A DNA stretch of 64,000 nt from Guillardia theta CCMP2712 (taxonomy: Eukaryota > Protista > Cryptophyta), in NCBI RefSeq assembly GCF_000315625.1, contig NW_005434615.1, positions 352,305 to 416,304 on the forward strand, given 5' to 3'. The stretch's first letter is position 1, and each line of letters begins with the position of its first letter. Of this stretch, positions 45,730-59,391 are shown piece after piece. The notes beneath the pieces were generated by a model, which was not told the origin of the DNA, made no database searches, and saw nothing but the letters and a program-made list of their open reading frames with translations. A program made the translations under genes and the position numbers.

Positions 45730-46098
45730 CGCTCGTCGAAGAGTCAGGGTAAGTACCAGTTACATAACGTTATCTTTCAGTTATAAAAGGCCGTTACACC
45801 GTTTCGAGACCGTTTTACAGAAATGGGAAACGAGCCCAGAAGCTTTTATTCGCAAAAATGATGGAGGATGCGAGGGGAGGGGGGGGAGGAAGGAGAGGGG
45901 AGGGAGAGGAGAGAGGGGGAGGAGAGGAGGGAGGGAGAGGAGGGAGAGGAGTGAGGGGAGAGCAGAATGAAATAGAGCTGATTGAAGACGCAGCATAGGG
46001 AGGCGGGAGCAGGAGAGGAGGGACTGACGATTATCCAGCACCGGTCCCTCGTTTCCTCCATGTCTCATCACAGATAGCAATCCTTGCGGGCGGCTAAG

Positions 46099-47582
46099 AT
46101 GAGAGGCTGTTGGACGATCTCTAGCGTGCTCGTCGTGCTCGTTGCGGTCTTCCTTCCAAGAATCTACAAGATCCACGTCAGTCTTGACTTCTCACCGGCT
46201 GCGCCATGAACCTTTCTCGTTAACCCTTCGTGACTTTGACAGGTTGAGCGGAACCTATCGTATCCTACGGTGATTGAAACTCGATTCCGGCATGATGTCT
46301 AAAAGTTTGTGTAAAGGACTCTATCTTCGGGTGGTTTGCTGTACAGACGATGGTGCAGTACAACAGTCCTGGTCGAGGCTTCCGTGTCCCAGCAAGTTCC
46401 TGAACGAGTACAGGTGTGCTCGATGCGATCGAGAAGTTGGCGTTGAAGGAAAACAGCACACTGCTCGAGCTTTGCATCGGACCTGGTGTAGCACTCTGAA
46501 CGATCCTTGACTGTGCTCATGTGAGACGCAGGGTATGGCGTGCAAGAAGCGCTCCGCTACAAGGGGGTGAAGGTGATTGGGGTTGACGTTTCACCCGTAA
46601 GTGTTGGAATGCAGCAAGCAGGAGGGGGTTTTGTTGACGCATGCCGAAGGACATGGTGAAAATGGCGAGCGAGGCAGTTCAGGGTGCCATCGATGAAGGA
46701 AGAGCTTCGGTGGTGTTGGGCGATGCGCGGAACCTGACGTTCCTTGGGGATGAACAAGTAGATAAGGTCTTTGCCAGCTCTTGTGGAGCGTCTCACCTGA
46801 GATGGAGTCGCTAAGGTGTTTCATATGAACTGCTGTTACTTCTGGGACAACGTGGAGGATACTCTGAAAGAAATTCTTCGGGTGATGAAGCCAGGTGATG
46901 ACTGGTTTCTTCTCCTCCTCCATGCCCTTCAAGCATTGCCCTTTCCTTCATTTGGCTTGCGGAAGCCTCGCTTCCTGACCCTCTCCTCTGCCGAACTTTG
47001 CTGCACTCCTCTTCGTCTCACCATACGTCACAACCTGAAACTTGTCTTTGAGCAGGAGGCGTGATGCTTTCCGGGGTGAAATTCGAACAATTGCAGCAGT
47101 GGGATGCGCATCCAGCGTTCTTCAAGTGACTTGCAGTGCGGAGGAGGAAATTTTTCTGACAAGCTCACCTAGAATGAGAGATGAGAAGATCTTCCTCAAG
47201 GCTTTGAAGGCTGTAGGATTTAAGAAGATCACGGTCAAGAAGGTGAAGCTCTTTCCTCGTTCTCCCCTCCCCGATGCATCTTCTCGATCAATGCTCCCTT
47301 CCCTCAATTCTGTTTCCACTCTCTTCGACGCCTCTCCTCCTTTTCCTCGGCGCTCTTACCTCCCTGCTGACAAACTCGCTGCAGGTGCGTTTGGGCTCTA
47401 GCTGTACCGGGACGAAGGCGATGAGTGGTTGTCCGGTCCACGAGGGTAATCGCTTTCTTCCTTCATCCACTCCCGTGCTCATCAGCCTGCCACAGGAATG
47501 CACTACACTGCCATCTTTGCCGAGAAGCCCGAGAGATGACATCTGTCCTGGAGTTTCTTGTTATTCATCTTCACTGCAATAA
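46099..47582 (+). CDS. Class I SAM-dependent methyltransferase with an N-terminal hydrophobic anchor
   Basis: Spliced LLELCIGP|GYG...VIGVDVSP|DMV...VLGDARNL...VFHMNCCYFW...LKEILRVMKPGG. 3' end approximate. Confidence 0.8.
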
Positions 47583-47700
47583 TAATGTCCTCTCTCCCTT
47601 GCCTCGCCCCGCCGCACCCTCTCGTTTGTCCCTTACTCCTCTCCTACCACGTCCTTTCTCCACACGGCCGTCTTGAAGCCCCCCTTCCGCCTCAGGCTTC

Positions 47701-49370
47701 TCAATCCTTGAAGAAGAGTTCCCGGCATAGTCGCATGGTCTCTTCTGGCGAGGTAACAGTATGCCCGATGGTGCGCGAGTCCTCAAAGATCTCGTAGTCG
47801 TTCCCTCCAGGTGACGTCTTGTCCCCGAAGAAGTGGATCTCCTTGTACCCTTCCGTCTCCACGAACCTCAAGCAGTAGGTCTTGTCCCACCTGGCACAGC
47901 TCCGTCACGGTGCAGGCAACAGAGAGCGGCATCACTCACCCCTGGGGAAAGACATCGAAGCTGATCTGCCCTCCAATGGAGAACTTGAGGTTGAGGTCGG
48001 CAAACTCAGTCTCGAGCTTTGCAACCATCTTCTTCCTGATGTTGTGCACCTGCATGGGCGATGAGAGTCGATGTCAAGGCAGCGAAAGTATGTCAACGTG
48101 ATCATATTGTTCGAAGGCGTCTCGCTCTTCCTGGTTGCAGTTCCTTCCGATTGGAGACACGTTGATCATACCGTTGCGGAACTCAATGAAAGTCCCTCTC
48201 TTCACGGGGATGTCGACGTCGGCAAGGTAGCGGAGGATCCAGTTGACCAGGCGCTTGATGTTGTCTTCGCCGAGATACTTCTTCAAGCTCTGCACTTCGA
48301 TGGATTTTCCATCTTTGAAGGCGTTCAGCCCGTTCTCAGGAAAGGCCCAGTCAACGATTTCAAGGTAATCGTCTCCCAGCTGCTCTTTGGCCTTGGCCAG
48401 ATCCGATCCTCCAACGACACCTACCCCCCAGCGCCATCGTCAACCCCCATGTTGTGTTCAAGTCATACCCTCACCAATAGTGACTCGCTTGCGCAAATCT
48501 TGCAGGAACTTGATCATCTCACTGGTGGCCTCCTGCCACATCGATCAGCACCGGCCGGATCCTCGACGTCTTACCTTGCGGGGTGCCGTGAGAGTCCCGT
48601 CGATGTCTGACAAAGAGACCATCAGGAACGAACATGGCGTAACTTGTAACACAGACAAAGAAGTGTGTGGGGGAGTTGCAAGAACAGACGTTGCGATAGT
48701 GGGACATCATAGACGACAAGAACATGACGATGTGGGAGAATCCGGCAGAGGACTTGATCGGTGGAAAAGGAGGAGCAGCAGGATGAGGATGAGGATCAGG
48801 ACGAGGATCAGGATCAGGAGCAGAAACAGGAACAGGACGAGGACAGGATCAGGAGCAGAAACAGGATCAGGACGAGGATCAGGAGGAGGATCAGGCTCAG
48901 GATGAGGATGAGGAGGAGGATGAAGATCAGGCTCAGGAGCAGGAGGAGGATCAGAAGGAGTAGGATCAGAAGGAGGATCAGGATCAGGATCAGAAAGACC
49001 AGGATCAGGATCAGGATCAGAAAGACCAGGATCAGGTGCAAGATCAGGAAGAGGAGGAGGAGGAGGATCAGGATCAGGATCAGGATCAGGATCAGGATCA
49101 GGATCAGGATCAGGAGCAGGCTCAGGAGCAGGCTCAGGAGGAGGAGGAGGAGCAGGATCAGGATCAGGATCAGGAGCAGGATCAGGAGCAGGAGCAGGAT
49201 CAGGCTCAGGATCAGGCTCAGGATCAGGATCAGGATCAGGATCAGGGGGAGGAGCAGGAGGAGCAGGAGGAGCAGGAGGAGCAGGAGGAGCAGGATCAGG
49301 ATCAGGAGGAGCAGGAGGATGGTGGGTCACCGAAGAGAACGAGGGTGTCCTTGCGCGAAGGAACCGCCAT
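47701..49370 (-). CDS. PMM: Eukaryotic phosphomannomutase (PMM2/SEC53 family)
   Basis: Exon 1 [13 protein letters not shown](G) at 49331-49370 splices over a 724-nt intron to give [12 protein letters not shown]; then [40 protein letters not shown] and [15 protein letters not shown]. Confidence 0.96.
48770..49320. repeat. Compound (CAGGAT/CAGGAG/GAGGAT)n microsatellite inside PMM intron 1
   Basis: About 550 nt of hexamer variants between the donor at 49330 and the acceptor at 48607. Confidence 0.93.
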
Positions 49371-50163
49371 GTTTACAAGCTCCCACTACACCACTTCCAA
49401 GGAAGAGTGTACCTACAGTTTTACTCAACTAGGACCCCACCTCCTGACTGATCCTCACCCCACCCCACTTATCAGCTTCATGCATAAGTCGAAATACCCC
49501 TCATTTGTACATTATAACCCCTCCCAGCACTAATCGGCCTCTGCCATTACATGGCCTTATTACTACTCTTGGTGGAGATGACCTGCTCATTGGGGGGGGT
49601 GGGGGTAGGCAGTTCTTTAAATGGCGTTACATGTCGTTATAACAAGTCAAGTCGTTACAGATCGTTACAATACGTTACATCATACCGTTTCAATGGTTGC
49701 TCCTACCGGTCCTTGCAATAGGAAACTACCCGGTGTCCAAGCTCTACGTCTACGTAATGCCACCCCCACCTCCCAATTTCCAGTTTTTAATTCACCAAAG
49801 TATGGGTAGTCACTTGGTCCTCCTTTCCTCTACTTAGATGGGGGATGGGGAGTAGGGGGTGACTATCTGTGGGGGGTGAGGGTACAAGGACTATGGGTAG
49901 TGATGTGCATTCTTCCATGGAGGAAATGCCGGCTGATTCATGGTAGGGTACTTGATGCCTTCCAATACCGGTGAATTTAGTTATTTTCAGGGGTGGGGTA
50001 TGAAATCAAAGAGGGTGTGCTTTCTGAAGGAGTTGGGGAGAAACCAAAATGAGTGGGTAGAGGTGAAAAATTCATGGTAGGGGTACTTACCGAGGGGTGG
50101 GGGTGAGCTAAAGGTAGGGTACAGGGTAGCGTGAGAGGTCGAGGACGAGGAGAGGCAGCAGCA

Positions 50164-51457
50164 ATGGTGGCTGAGAACTTTGGAGAAGCATGCCCGGCGT
50201 CGGCGCCGTTCTTTGGTTACATGGGAGCAGCAGCGGCTCTCATCTTTGCAAGTGAGTTTGTAATGTTGTTCTTGCAGTCTCTTCACATGTTTGACCCTGT
50301 GAGGACCTGTTGCGTGACAAAGAGTGTCAAGAGGTTGTTTGGTTTGGTGGGGTTTGATATCACTGTGAAGTGCCTTGGAAATGATGGAGAGGCAGAACGA
50401 AGTTCCTTTCCACCATGAGTGTACTTGATGATTGAGCTCAGTTTGTAACCTCTGGTTGCTGTCATTGATTCGTGGTGAACGATGTGTTTGTTGCACATGC
50501 GCTCGCAAGTTCCCTAGTGTCTTAGTGGAAGCTTGCGAGCTTCATTCCTCTATACAATTAGGGATACTCTTTTTATGTGTCAACATCTGTCCAGATGATG
50601 TGCCATCAACACTGTGCCTTTTTGTTCAATACACGTGCCGTTTGCTTAATAGGAATTCAATGTCGCCTTTTTTTTGAGTACCATCGACCATTGTCTGTTT
50701 CATAGCAAAGCTGTTATATTTTTTTGTGTACTTATCTATTTTTTTGTGTATTTGTCTATTTTTTTGTGTACTTGTCTACCGTGTTTATTTGTGTGGTATC
50801 TGTGCATGTTAATTTTTTGAGTTCCAAATTCTTCATCCCTGATTATTCTTGTAAACAGACTTGGGAGCAGCGTATGGAACTGCTAAATCCGGCGTTGGAA
50901 TTTGCTCCATGGGCGTAATGCATCCTGGATTGATTATGAAATGTAATTTGTTGTTGTTTCTTTCTATTCCGTTTAATATTTGTTCACAGCAATTATCCCC
51001 GTGGTTATGGCTGGTGTGATTGGCATTTATGGATTCATTATAGCAGTTGTTGTTGGAACGAAGAGTGAGTTGATTTCTTTGAACCAGTTCTCTTGCTGAC
51101 CAAGACCACAGTCAAGGAGCCAGTGGGTGGAGGATCTCAGGCTGTCACTCCTCAGTACACCTTGTTCTCGGCCTTCGGACATTTGGGGTCTGGCCTCACT
51201 GGAGGCTTGAGTGGTCTTGCTGCAGGCATGGCCATTGGGATCGTTGGTGATGCTGGAGTTCGTGCTACTGCTCAGCAGCCCAAGCTTTTCGTCGGAATGA
51301 TCCTCATTCTTATCTTCGCTGAGGCTCTTGGGTTGTACGGACTTATCGTTGCTCTGATCATGTCCTCTTCCGGAGGTAAGTCATGCCTTCAATGTTGTGC
51401 CAAGACAGTAAGTAATCACATTTTCTTCCTCTAGGTGGATCCTGCCCATCTGCCTAA
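50164..51457 (+). CDS. ATP6V0C: V-type H+-ATPase 16 kDa proteolipid subunit c
   Basis: [16 protein letters not shown]|[12 protein letters not shown]...[14 protein letters not shown]...[39 protein letters not shown]; four introns. Confidence 0.97.
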
Positions 51458-51561
51458 ACATCTGATTCGAAGAATCCAGACAAACAGGAGATACTTAGAA
51501 GTGTGCATTGAATGAATCATTTGAAAAACACTCGCTTCAAAGTTAAAGTCCATTGAGTATG

Positions 51562-52809
51562 TCATAACTCTTGTCTGTCATTCCCAATTGACCCACTTTC
51601 AACGCTGTCTGTACTCTCAGTCTCCAGATTGTTCTCCTCCTCATCAACAATCTCAGGAATGTGTTCGTTAAGGAACTCGATGAATCCCTGTAGAAAGGAG
51701 GTCAGCAGCGGAGCGTGTGGGTTAGAGGAACACTCACCTGCACGTTGCGATCTCTTTCGAATAAGATCGCCTGAGTGAACTTTCCGCCCATGAGCTTCAG
51801 GGTAGGATAACCATCAACGTCATGCTTAGTGCAAAACTCCTGCGCGAGATCTGACGACGAGCACTCCACTTCCATGAAAATGACTCGGCCGGACATCCTC
51901 GTGGCAGCATTCTCGAAAGCCTTCTTCATTGCAAGGCATCGAGAGCACCACTTCTCATAGAACTTGACAAAGACAGGATACTGGTCTGTGATCAGGTCCT
52001 CGCTGTGTTTAGATCAGGTTTCATTTCCCCTCCACGATGTGAGTTTCACCTATATGGAAAGACGTCCTCCTCAGTCGTCTCCTCCAGCTTTGTCAGGATA
52101 AATTCGGAAAGCTTCTCAGGCATCATTTCCCTGGTGTACCGCTCTATAATGTCGGTGAGCAAGGCGTGTACGATCAAAATTTTCCATCAATTCTTTCTTA
52201 CCCATCCCCTGCCCTTCGATCGAAACGTAAAGCATGGGAAATTTTTTCAATCCCTTCTCCTGCATCTTCACGATGTTTCGCCCCTGATACAGACAATGAA
52301 CCTTGTAGGACAGGAACTCCTCCAGGCAAATGTTCGTCACCTCATAAGCATCGCACTTCTTGAACACGATCTTTTCGGCTCCCGCAACGCCGCTGTCCTG
52401 CATGGCTCTTGAGAGAGGTCGTCCACAGCAACGTGGAGAGCAAACATAAAGGATGCGAGACTGTGACGATGCCTCACCTTCACAAGAGCTTCAGCTCCGA
52501 GAAAGACCTCCAATGCAACCTCGTCTTCTTCTATTCCTCCCTATGAGACGGTCACAAAAAAATGCACATTGAAGCCGACCGGCACAGCCTGCCTCACCTT
52601 ATACATGAGCACTACTTGATTTATGTCAGCTGGATCCAGCGCTTCAAATGGCACTTCCTCCGCCGCATGAACACTGGGCTGAAAGAACTTGGAGAACTCA
52701 TCGATCAATACAGCGCCTTCCCTCACAGCAGAGAGCGTACCACTGCAATCAGCAGGACAACGGCCAACGATACCATGCTCAGCGACAGGCTTGGTATCGT
52801 TCTTTTCAT
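51562..52809 (-). CDS. ER-lumenal thioredoxin/PDI-like protein
   Basis: Signal peptide; VKFYEKWCSRC; HDVDGYPTLKL; C-terminus RQEL* (KDEL-like). Confidence 0.85.
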
Positions 52810-53412
52810 GGAGAGGAAGAGAAAGGTGTCTCGTGCAGGAACGGGTCTGATGTTCAATCGTCCGCGATGTCTCTGCTACGCTCGCTACCGTCCGCCCGCC
52901 TCCTCCACTTGGGCCAGCGAGAAAGCTGCCATGTTGGCGGATCTCGGCTCTAGACTAGATAGGGTGAGTTACCCGGCGCGGCCGGGCCGGGCCACTCGGA
53001 CTGAGCAGCCGCCGCCCGCTTGTGGACTCCGGGCCAGTCCGGGATCATGACTCGACTTGACTCCGACTGCCATCAGTCGTGGCCGCCCGACCGACGTACG
53101 GTCCCGGGGCCCCGGCCGCCCCGGCCGATCATCACCGCCGTGCTAGTACTGACGGTCACGGCCGGGGGTACCGCCGCTTCCGAAGTTTGCCCCGGGCCCC
53201 TCCGGGGGCCTCGGCACAAAGCCCTCAGCGATGGGGAGCCTAGTAGGCCCCCCCCCCCGGCTGCGCCGCGAGTGACTCGAACTTTCACGCCCGGCCGCGG
53301 CTGCCAACGGTTACTTGGCCCAGTGGGCCGGCAGTTCACCGTCCGATCCGGGGGCCCCGGTGTGATTGTACTAGCCGCTGAGGTACGGTACTATGATCAG
53401 GCTATAAGCTAG

Positions 53413-53490
53413 TTTACTCAAAGTGAAGTTAAAATCAGTACGAGGACAATCAGGAGAGTCGAGGAGGCTTGACCCTGACACTGTCGCACA
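53413..53490. repeat. Dispersed intergenic repeat, copy 2
   Basis: TTTACTCAAAG..AAAATCAGTACGAGGACAATCAGGAGAG..TCGAGGAGGCTTGACCCTGA..CACTGTCGCACA is shared with 32834-32927. Confidence 0.9.
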
Positions 53491-53952
53491 GGCCCGGGCC
53501 CGGCACAGTGCCCGGCCAGCTTTAGTGCCAGCAATGCCACTACTAAGATCTGTAATCAAGCATAATAAGGTTTATAGTCAAACATGTTTGGCGGTTAGAG
53601 TGCATGGGGAAATCAGGAGGAGACGGCGGAGGATGGGGAGCTGGAGGAGGAGGAGAGAGGAGAAGCCGATGACGAGGATGGCGAGATTGTACATGGGAGG
53701 GGACACGAGCTTTGATTGTGACGGAGACCATCTCCTGAGAGACAAGCACCTGTACCGAGAGTTTGAAGCGGGCTCAGGGAGTCTCGAAACTGTTGTACAA
53801 GTGCAGTGAAGGGCATCGATAGCAGAGAGGAGCTAGGGTGATCGCTCCAGCACATCTTCACAGCTCTTTCAGCATTGGAACATTTGCTTGACGGGTAGGG
53901 ACTCGAAGTCTCGGCATCTTCAGCTCTCCTGGGCTCTGCCAAGGGTACAAAC

Positions 53953-56900
53953 ATGGATGTGGACGGGTCTTGGATCTCAACGACGAGTGACGCGCTCCAT
54001 GGAAACCTCGAGCGCACGTCCCGGAATCCTCTTGTTGATGACCATGTCTACACCAAGGTGAAGCGAACGAAGAACTTCGAAGCAAGGCCCGCGGTGATCC
54101 ATTTCCCGGGGTTGGAGGTTGGGCGATTCTATGAGAAGTCCGTGCGGATCGTGAATGTTTCTCGGTTCACGCAGAGGCTTCACATCCTTCCTCCTCAGAC
54201 TCACTTCTTCTCCTTCCAGTATGACAAGAAGGGGAAGATCTCCCCTGGCATGTCTGAGAAGATTTTCATCCAGTTCAGCCCCAACGAGCTGCGCTACTAC
54301 CATGACGCCATCCGCATCCACTGCGATGGAGAGAACCTCCTCGTTCCCCTGCATGCCTACCCGACCATCTCTCCGAGTGTCCCTGCCCCCTCTGTTACCC
54401 TCCCTCCCTCCAGCGGAAAGAACGAGCTCGTCTTCTTCCCGAAGCAGATTGACTTCGGCATGTGCCTGCTCGCCCAGGAGCACCAGAGGCTGCTGCCGGT
54501 CAGGAGCCACGTTCCCTTGGAGTTCGACTTCTCCATACGCATCATGAGCGCGCATCCTGACATGCAGGTGGAGCCGCAGCAAGGACGAGTACCTCCGCTC
54601 GGGCAGGTGGAGGTGGTGCTGACGTACACGCCAAGCCGGATGGTCACTGCAGAGATGATCCTTGAGATTCAGATCGAGCAGTTCAATTTTCATCCTCATC
54701 GCCTCTCCGTCATTGGATCTGCCCGGCCGAATGCGAGGAGGCAGGCGGCGCTCGAGGACCTGACGGCTTCACTTCGAGGGGAGGGAGACTTCGTTGAGTT
54801 GCAAGAGCTGGAGCAGGTGGACAAGCCTATGCGGGTGGGAGAGGGGAGGGTGGACGTTGTGAGGCTGCACGATGAGACGAGGAGCTCGGAGGAGATGCAG
54901 AGGAGGGGTGAGAAGGAGAGGACGGGAGGGGCCACGCAGACCTCCCGCAAGTCTCCTGCTGAGGCTGAGGGGAACATAGAGATGAAGGGCGTGATGATCC
55001 CAGCAGACCTGAGGACGAGGAAAGCGACGCAGTACGTCCTGAATCAAGTGACGGGGAAGCGATCGTGGAAAGAGCTCAAGAGGCAGATGGAGGAGAGCGG
55101 GGAGAGGATAGGAGGAGAGGAGCAGCTCGACCCCAAGTCCAAGGCCCTGGAGAGCATCCGGTGGTACGAGACCGTGAGGATGCAGCCAGGGGGCTTCCTG
55201 GATGTCGAGGAGGAGTATGGAGACAGCTCGCAGCAGATCAAGGAGTTCAAGTTCACCTTTGAGCTGAGGATGCGGGAGGGATACGACAAGGCTAAGGACG
55301 TGAAGTGGTTCCCAGCCATTGGTGATGAGCCGACGTCGCAGGAGGAGAAGGAGGAAGTGGAGGCGAGAAGGTCTCCTTTCGTTCTCTCCTCCTACCTGCT
55401 TGCTGCTCGTTCTCTGCTGTCCACGCTCTCCACGTCCTGCTCCTCTGTCCTTTGCTTGAAGGCTTCCCAAAGCTCTCCTCTGCGTCCTCGTCCATGCTTG
55501 CTGTGGCTGACTTGTAGAACTTGCAGAGAGCAGAGGCGAGCTGAGGAGATGGCTCGGAAGAGGGAGGCGCTGAGGAGGATGGCGGCGACAGAGGCACGGG
55601 AGCAGGTGCGGGTAGCGCACGCGACGGAGGTCGTGAGCTGCTGTGCTCCCACGTTCGACCCATACCTCAACGACGCCTGGACTGTGAGGAAGGAAGTCAC
55701 ACGCAATCTCTTGACGCAGATCCACAAGGTGAGGAGGGAGGAGGTTGCCCGTTTGACCTCCCCTGACGCTCCTCCCTTCCCGCGCCCAGGTCATCATCAG
55801 GAACAGAGTCGAGCGCAGGATCGCTGCGATCAACAACAAGCTCGACGTGATGGAGGGCGCGAGCGGGCGGCTCGTCGACTCGATCCTCACTGCCGAGTCG
55901 TTGCCTCCGACCTCTCAGGGGAAGCGAGAGAGCGGAGTGGGAGGGGGCATGACGACAGAAAAGTTCCTTGTCAGCCTGTTCCCTTCCTACCGGCCCGCGA
56001 ACTTCCGCGACCGCGAGCCCGTCCCCGTGCGGGCAGCTGAGGTGGCGGAGGAATGGAACTTCCTGCTCCTCAAGGTTCCATCGACCTACAAGCTGATGTG
56101 AGTTGACTTGGTGAGGTCGGGAGGGGAAGGCTGACGAGGAGCAGGGGATACCGGGAGGAGCAGAGGGAGGCGATCTCCGTGTACATGCCTGCAGAGGAGG
56201 AGAGGGAGCCAAGGACCGGGGCGGGAGCCGAGGAGGGGATACGGGGACCGAGGGGATCGATGGCTCCGAGCGAGGAACAGCCGCTGCTAGAGATGCCAGG
56301 GTGCTGCGTGGAGGAGCCGGGGGGACAGAAAGTGTGCGCGTGCAGGTTCTTCGAGCCGAGCAACGCACCTGCGATAGGGAGGCAGAAGTGCTTCGTGTAC
56401 GAGGCCGTGGAGGATCACGAGGAGACGGCGATAGACTTCGAGCTGCGCGCGTTCCCCCGGGTCGTGTGCGACGAGGATCTCAAGTGTCACTCGAGCATCC
56501 CTGAGAAGAACCGTGGGAAGCCGCTGGAGGCCGTGCTGATGGGGTGAGTGATGTGCATGGAAGAGAACGGTGTAGAGGTCGACATGACGATGGAGATGGA
56601 GATGATGAAGACTGAGATGATGATGGTTATGATGAAAGTGATGATGGTTATGAAGTAGATGTAGAGTAGACGTAGGTGTAGATGTAGATGTAGATGTAGA
56701 TGTAGATGTAGATGTAGATGTAGATGTAGATGTAGATGTAGATGCGATGGAGAAGTACTAAAGATAGTTCTCATCATGATGGAGAGGACCATGATGACGG
56801 CAGTAGAGACGATGACGATGAGGGTGCGGGATGATCTTTCTGCAGGCCCGTGATCGAGGGAGCCATCGTTCCCGAGCCAGAGCCCCCGTCGATGAACACT

Positions 56901-56953
56901 GTGCGATCTTACCGAGGAAACTTCGCTCCTGTACTGAGGTGAAGAATTTTTTG

Positions 56954-57025
<72 letters not shown>

Positions 57026-57738
57026 AGCCTCCTCCTGCTCCTGCTCCTGAGCCTCCTCCTGCTCCTGCTCCTGCTCCTGCTCCTCCTACGCACTGACCCA
57101 CGTCATCACAGCTCCAGATGGCTGGCGAAGAATGAACTACCTTCTTTCCTCACTTCCCCGACCCCCACCTTCATGTATGGGCCCGATGCTGCGGACCAGC
57201 AGGTCTCTTTCTGACGTCCTGAGACCTTCTGTCCTCACGATCTGGCGCAGAGCGATCATGAGGAAGAGGAAGAGGAGGGAGGAGAGGAGGAAGGAGATTC
57301 CAAACCGCCTCCTGTCACTATCAGCCCACCGACTGAGCGCTCCATCCGTGAAACATTCAAGGTATAGAAAGAAGGATGGAGGGAGGGGAGGAGGGAGGGG
57401 GGGGAGTATGATGATGATGATGATGATGATGATGTTGCTACCAGCTGCCAGCAAATCTACGGAAGGACAACGAAACAGAGGGAGGAGAAGGAGAACGAGA
57501 AGGGGGAGGGGAAGAGGCAGAGGGAGAAGGGAACGAGGGGAAGGAGGAGGCACCAGAGCACAAGGAAGGAGTTCAACCCGTGAAGATCCCCCTGAACGCC
57601 AGGACGATGCACGAGATGGTGAGGTTTCCTCCTCCTCCTCTCGGCCGTGACCTGCTGCATGCAGGAGATGGAAGCAGAAATTCGACAGGCCCGCAAGGAG
57701 TGCCTGGCTCTCCTCCCTGCTGAGCTGCAGTAAGTTTC

Positions 57739-57781
<43 letters not shown>

Positions 57782-58219
57782 TATCTCTCTTGCATCTCAA
57801 TGCTTGCTCCTTCCTTCCCTCACCCCCCAACCTTCTTCGCGCTCTTTCGTCCTGCCCTTCCGTTCTCAGCTGTGGATTTGACATGAGGACAGCAAAATCA
57901 ATCAGCTCATTGCGGACCCCAAGAAGAAAATTCCCGTAGAGCCGTCCATCTACCAGTGAGCACTCCCTCCCTCCCTCCCTCCCTCCCTCCCTCCCTCCCT
58001 CCCGTCTCCTCCTCCTCCTCTCCTCTCCTGATCCCTCTCGCTCCTCCTCCTCGCTTCCTCTCTCTGGCTCCTAAGAGACTGTTCCTCCTCCTTTCGCCCC
58101 TCCTTCCCCTCCCCCTCCTCTCCCCTGCCGCTCCTCGCTTGCTCACGTTTCCTGCCTATAGACCGTCTCCCCTCCACTGGTTGAATTTGCCGCCCCGAGA
58201 AGCTGTAAACTCCAAGTGA
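53953..58219 (+). CDS. CFAP221: Cilia- and flagella-associated protein 221 (PCDP1)-like (3' exons approximate)
   Basis: EARPAVIHFPG...RLHILPPQT...SPNELRYYHDAIRIHCDGENLLVPLHAYP, followed by FPKQIDFG and a second ASH-type domain. Confidence 0.85.
56673..56743. repeat. (TGTAGA)n microsatellite, intronic
   Basis: About 11 tandem units. Confidence 0.92.
56953..57086. repeat. (GCTCCT)n microsatellite, intronic
   Basis: Tandem units; the same unit also occurs at about 41312-41415. Confidence 0.9.
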
Positions 58220-58277
58220 AGACAAGCAGGAGGAGGAGGAGGAGGAGGAGGAGGAGAAAGTAGCAGGAGTAGAGTGG

Positions 58278-59391
58278 CTATTTCTTGCTCTTTGTTTCAC
58301 TCGCACGGGATTCCAACTGCTCAACCCGAGTCTCCAGAGCATCCAACCTTGTCCTCAATTCCTGCATGGCGTCAACCTGCTGCTGCACACTCGTCATCTC
58401 CATGAACAACCGCTCTCCCGCGTTCCACCTCCTCCCTCACTGGCATGATGGATGAGCCTCCTGCTCCTCCCGTCAGCCCCCGCTGACTCTCCTTGCATGC
58501 TCACCAGAGGAGAAGATCCCAACCCCCACTCCGTACCCGCAGCCGATCCCGCATCCTCCTCCGACTCTCGCCTGCCATGGCCTCACTGGAGCTCTCCTGG
58601 CATGCGGGTTCACCGAAGGGAAGTATCGAAGCGCCTTCCGCAGCAGGTCCATCATGGTGTATCCTCCTGCTCCCCGTCAGCGATCGCGGAGAGGGGAAGA
58701 CAACTCTATCAACCGGGCAGCTGCGACAAGATCCTTCCTAGCGGCGACATCGCGACGCTGTCGAACCCTCCTCCTGCAAGAAAGTCTTCATCTCCTTTAC
58801 GCCACCTTGAAGTGGAGGGTGGGAGGAATCGAGGAAGAAACGAGGTGACCAGGAAAGGATGAGGGGAGGAGGGGTAGGATGGGAGGAGGTACCTGCCCCT
58901 GTCAACGGGAAACCAACGCCGATTCCCATCCCCACCCCACAACCAGCTCCTGCTACCTCATCTTCAGTATCTGCTCTCTTATCCTCCTCTCAAGCACCAA
59001 GCATTAGGCCATGCCCAGATCGGATGCAAAGAGGACCAATCTCAATGAACGTTCGTTCCAGCTTGCGCAGATCGGGCAACTGAATCTGCAGGAATGGACG
59101 ACTTAGCATGGATAAACGAGCATGATGAAGATGTTTGAGAGAAAGAATGAGCGCAGATCTTTTACGTGCAGAGGCAACGGGGGAATACAACATGACTGCA
59201 TAGAAAATGATGCGCAAGCAATGAAGCCATGGAAAGAAATCAATAGCAAGGGAGAGCATAGGAGAAAGATGGAAACATTTTGCGAGCAAGAGTACGAGCA
59301 GAGCGATCGAGCATGCTGCCTTTACATGAATCGGCTCAGGGAACGCCATGTTCCCAGACTTGAACCTCCCGACGTCGAATGCTGCGGCCAC
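58278..59391 (-). CDS. Small multi-exon hypothetical protein ending in a coiled coil
   Basis: Exon-like fragments GGYTMMDLLRKALRYFPS and WNAGERLFMEM...LDALETRVEQLESRASETKSKK* flanked by splice-like sites. Confidence 0.45.

Noticed and set aside
48707-49533. RI-, QD- and PD-repeat ORFs of 165-223 aa
   Set aside because: They lie in PMM intron 1 and are microsatellite translations.
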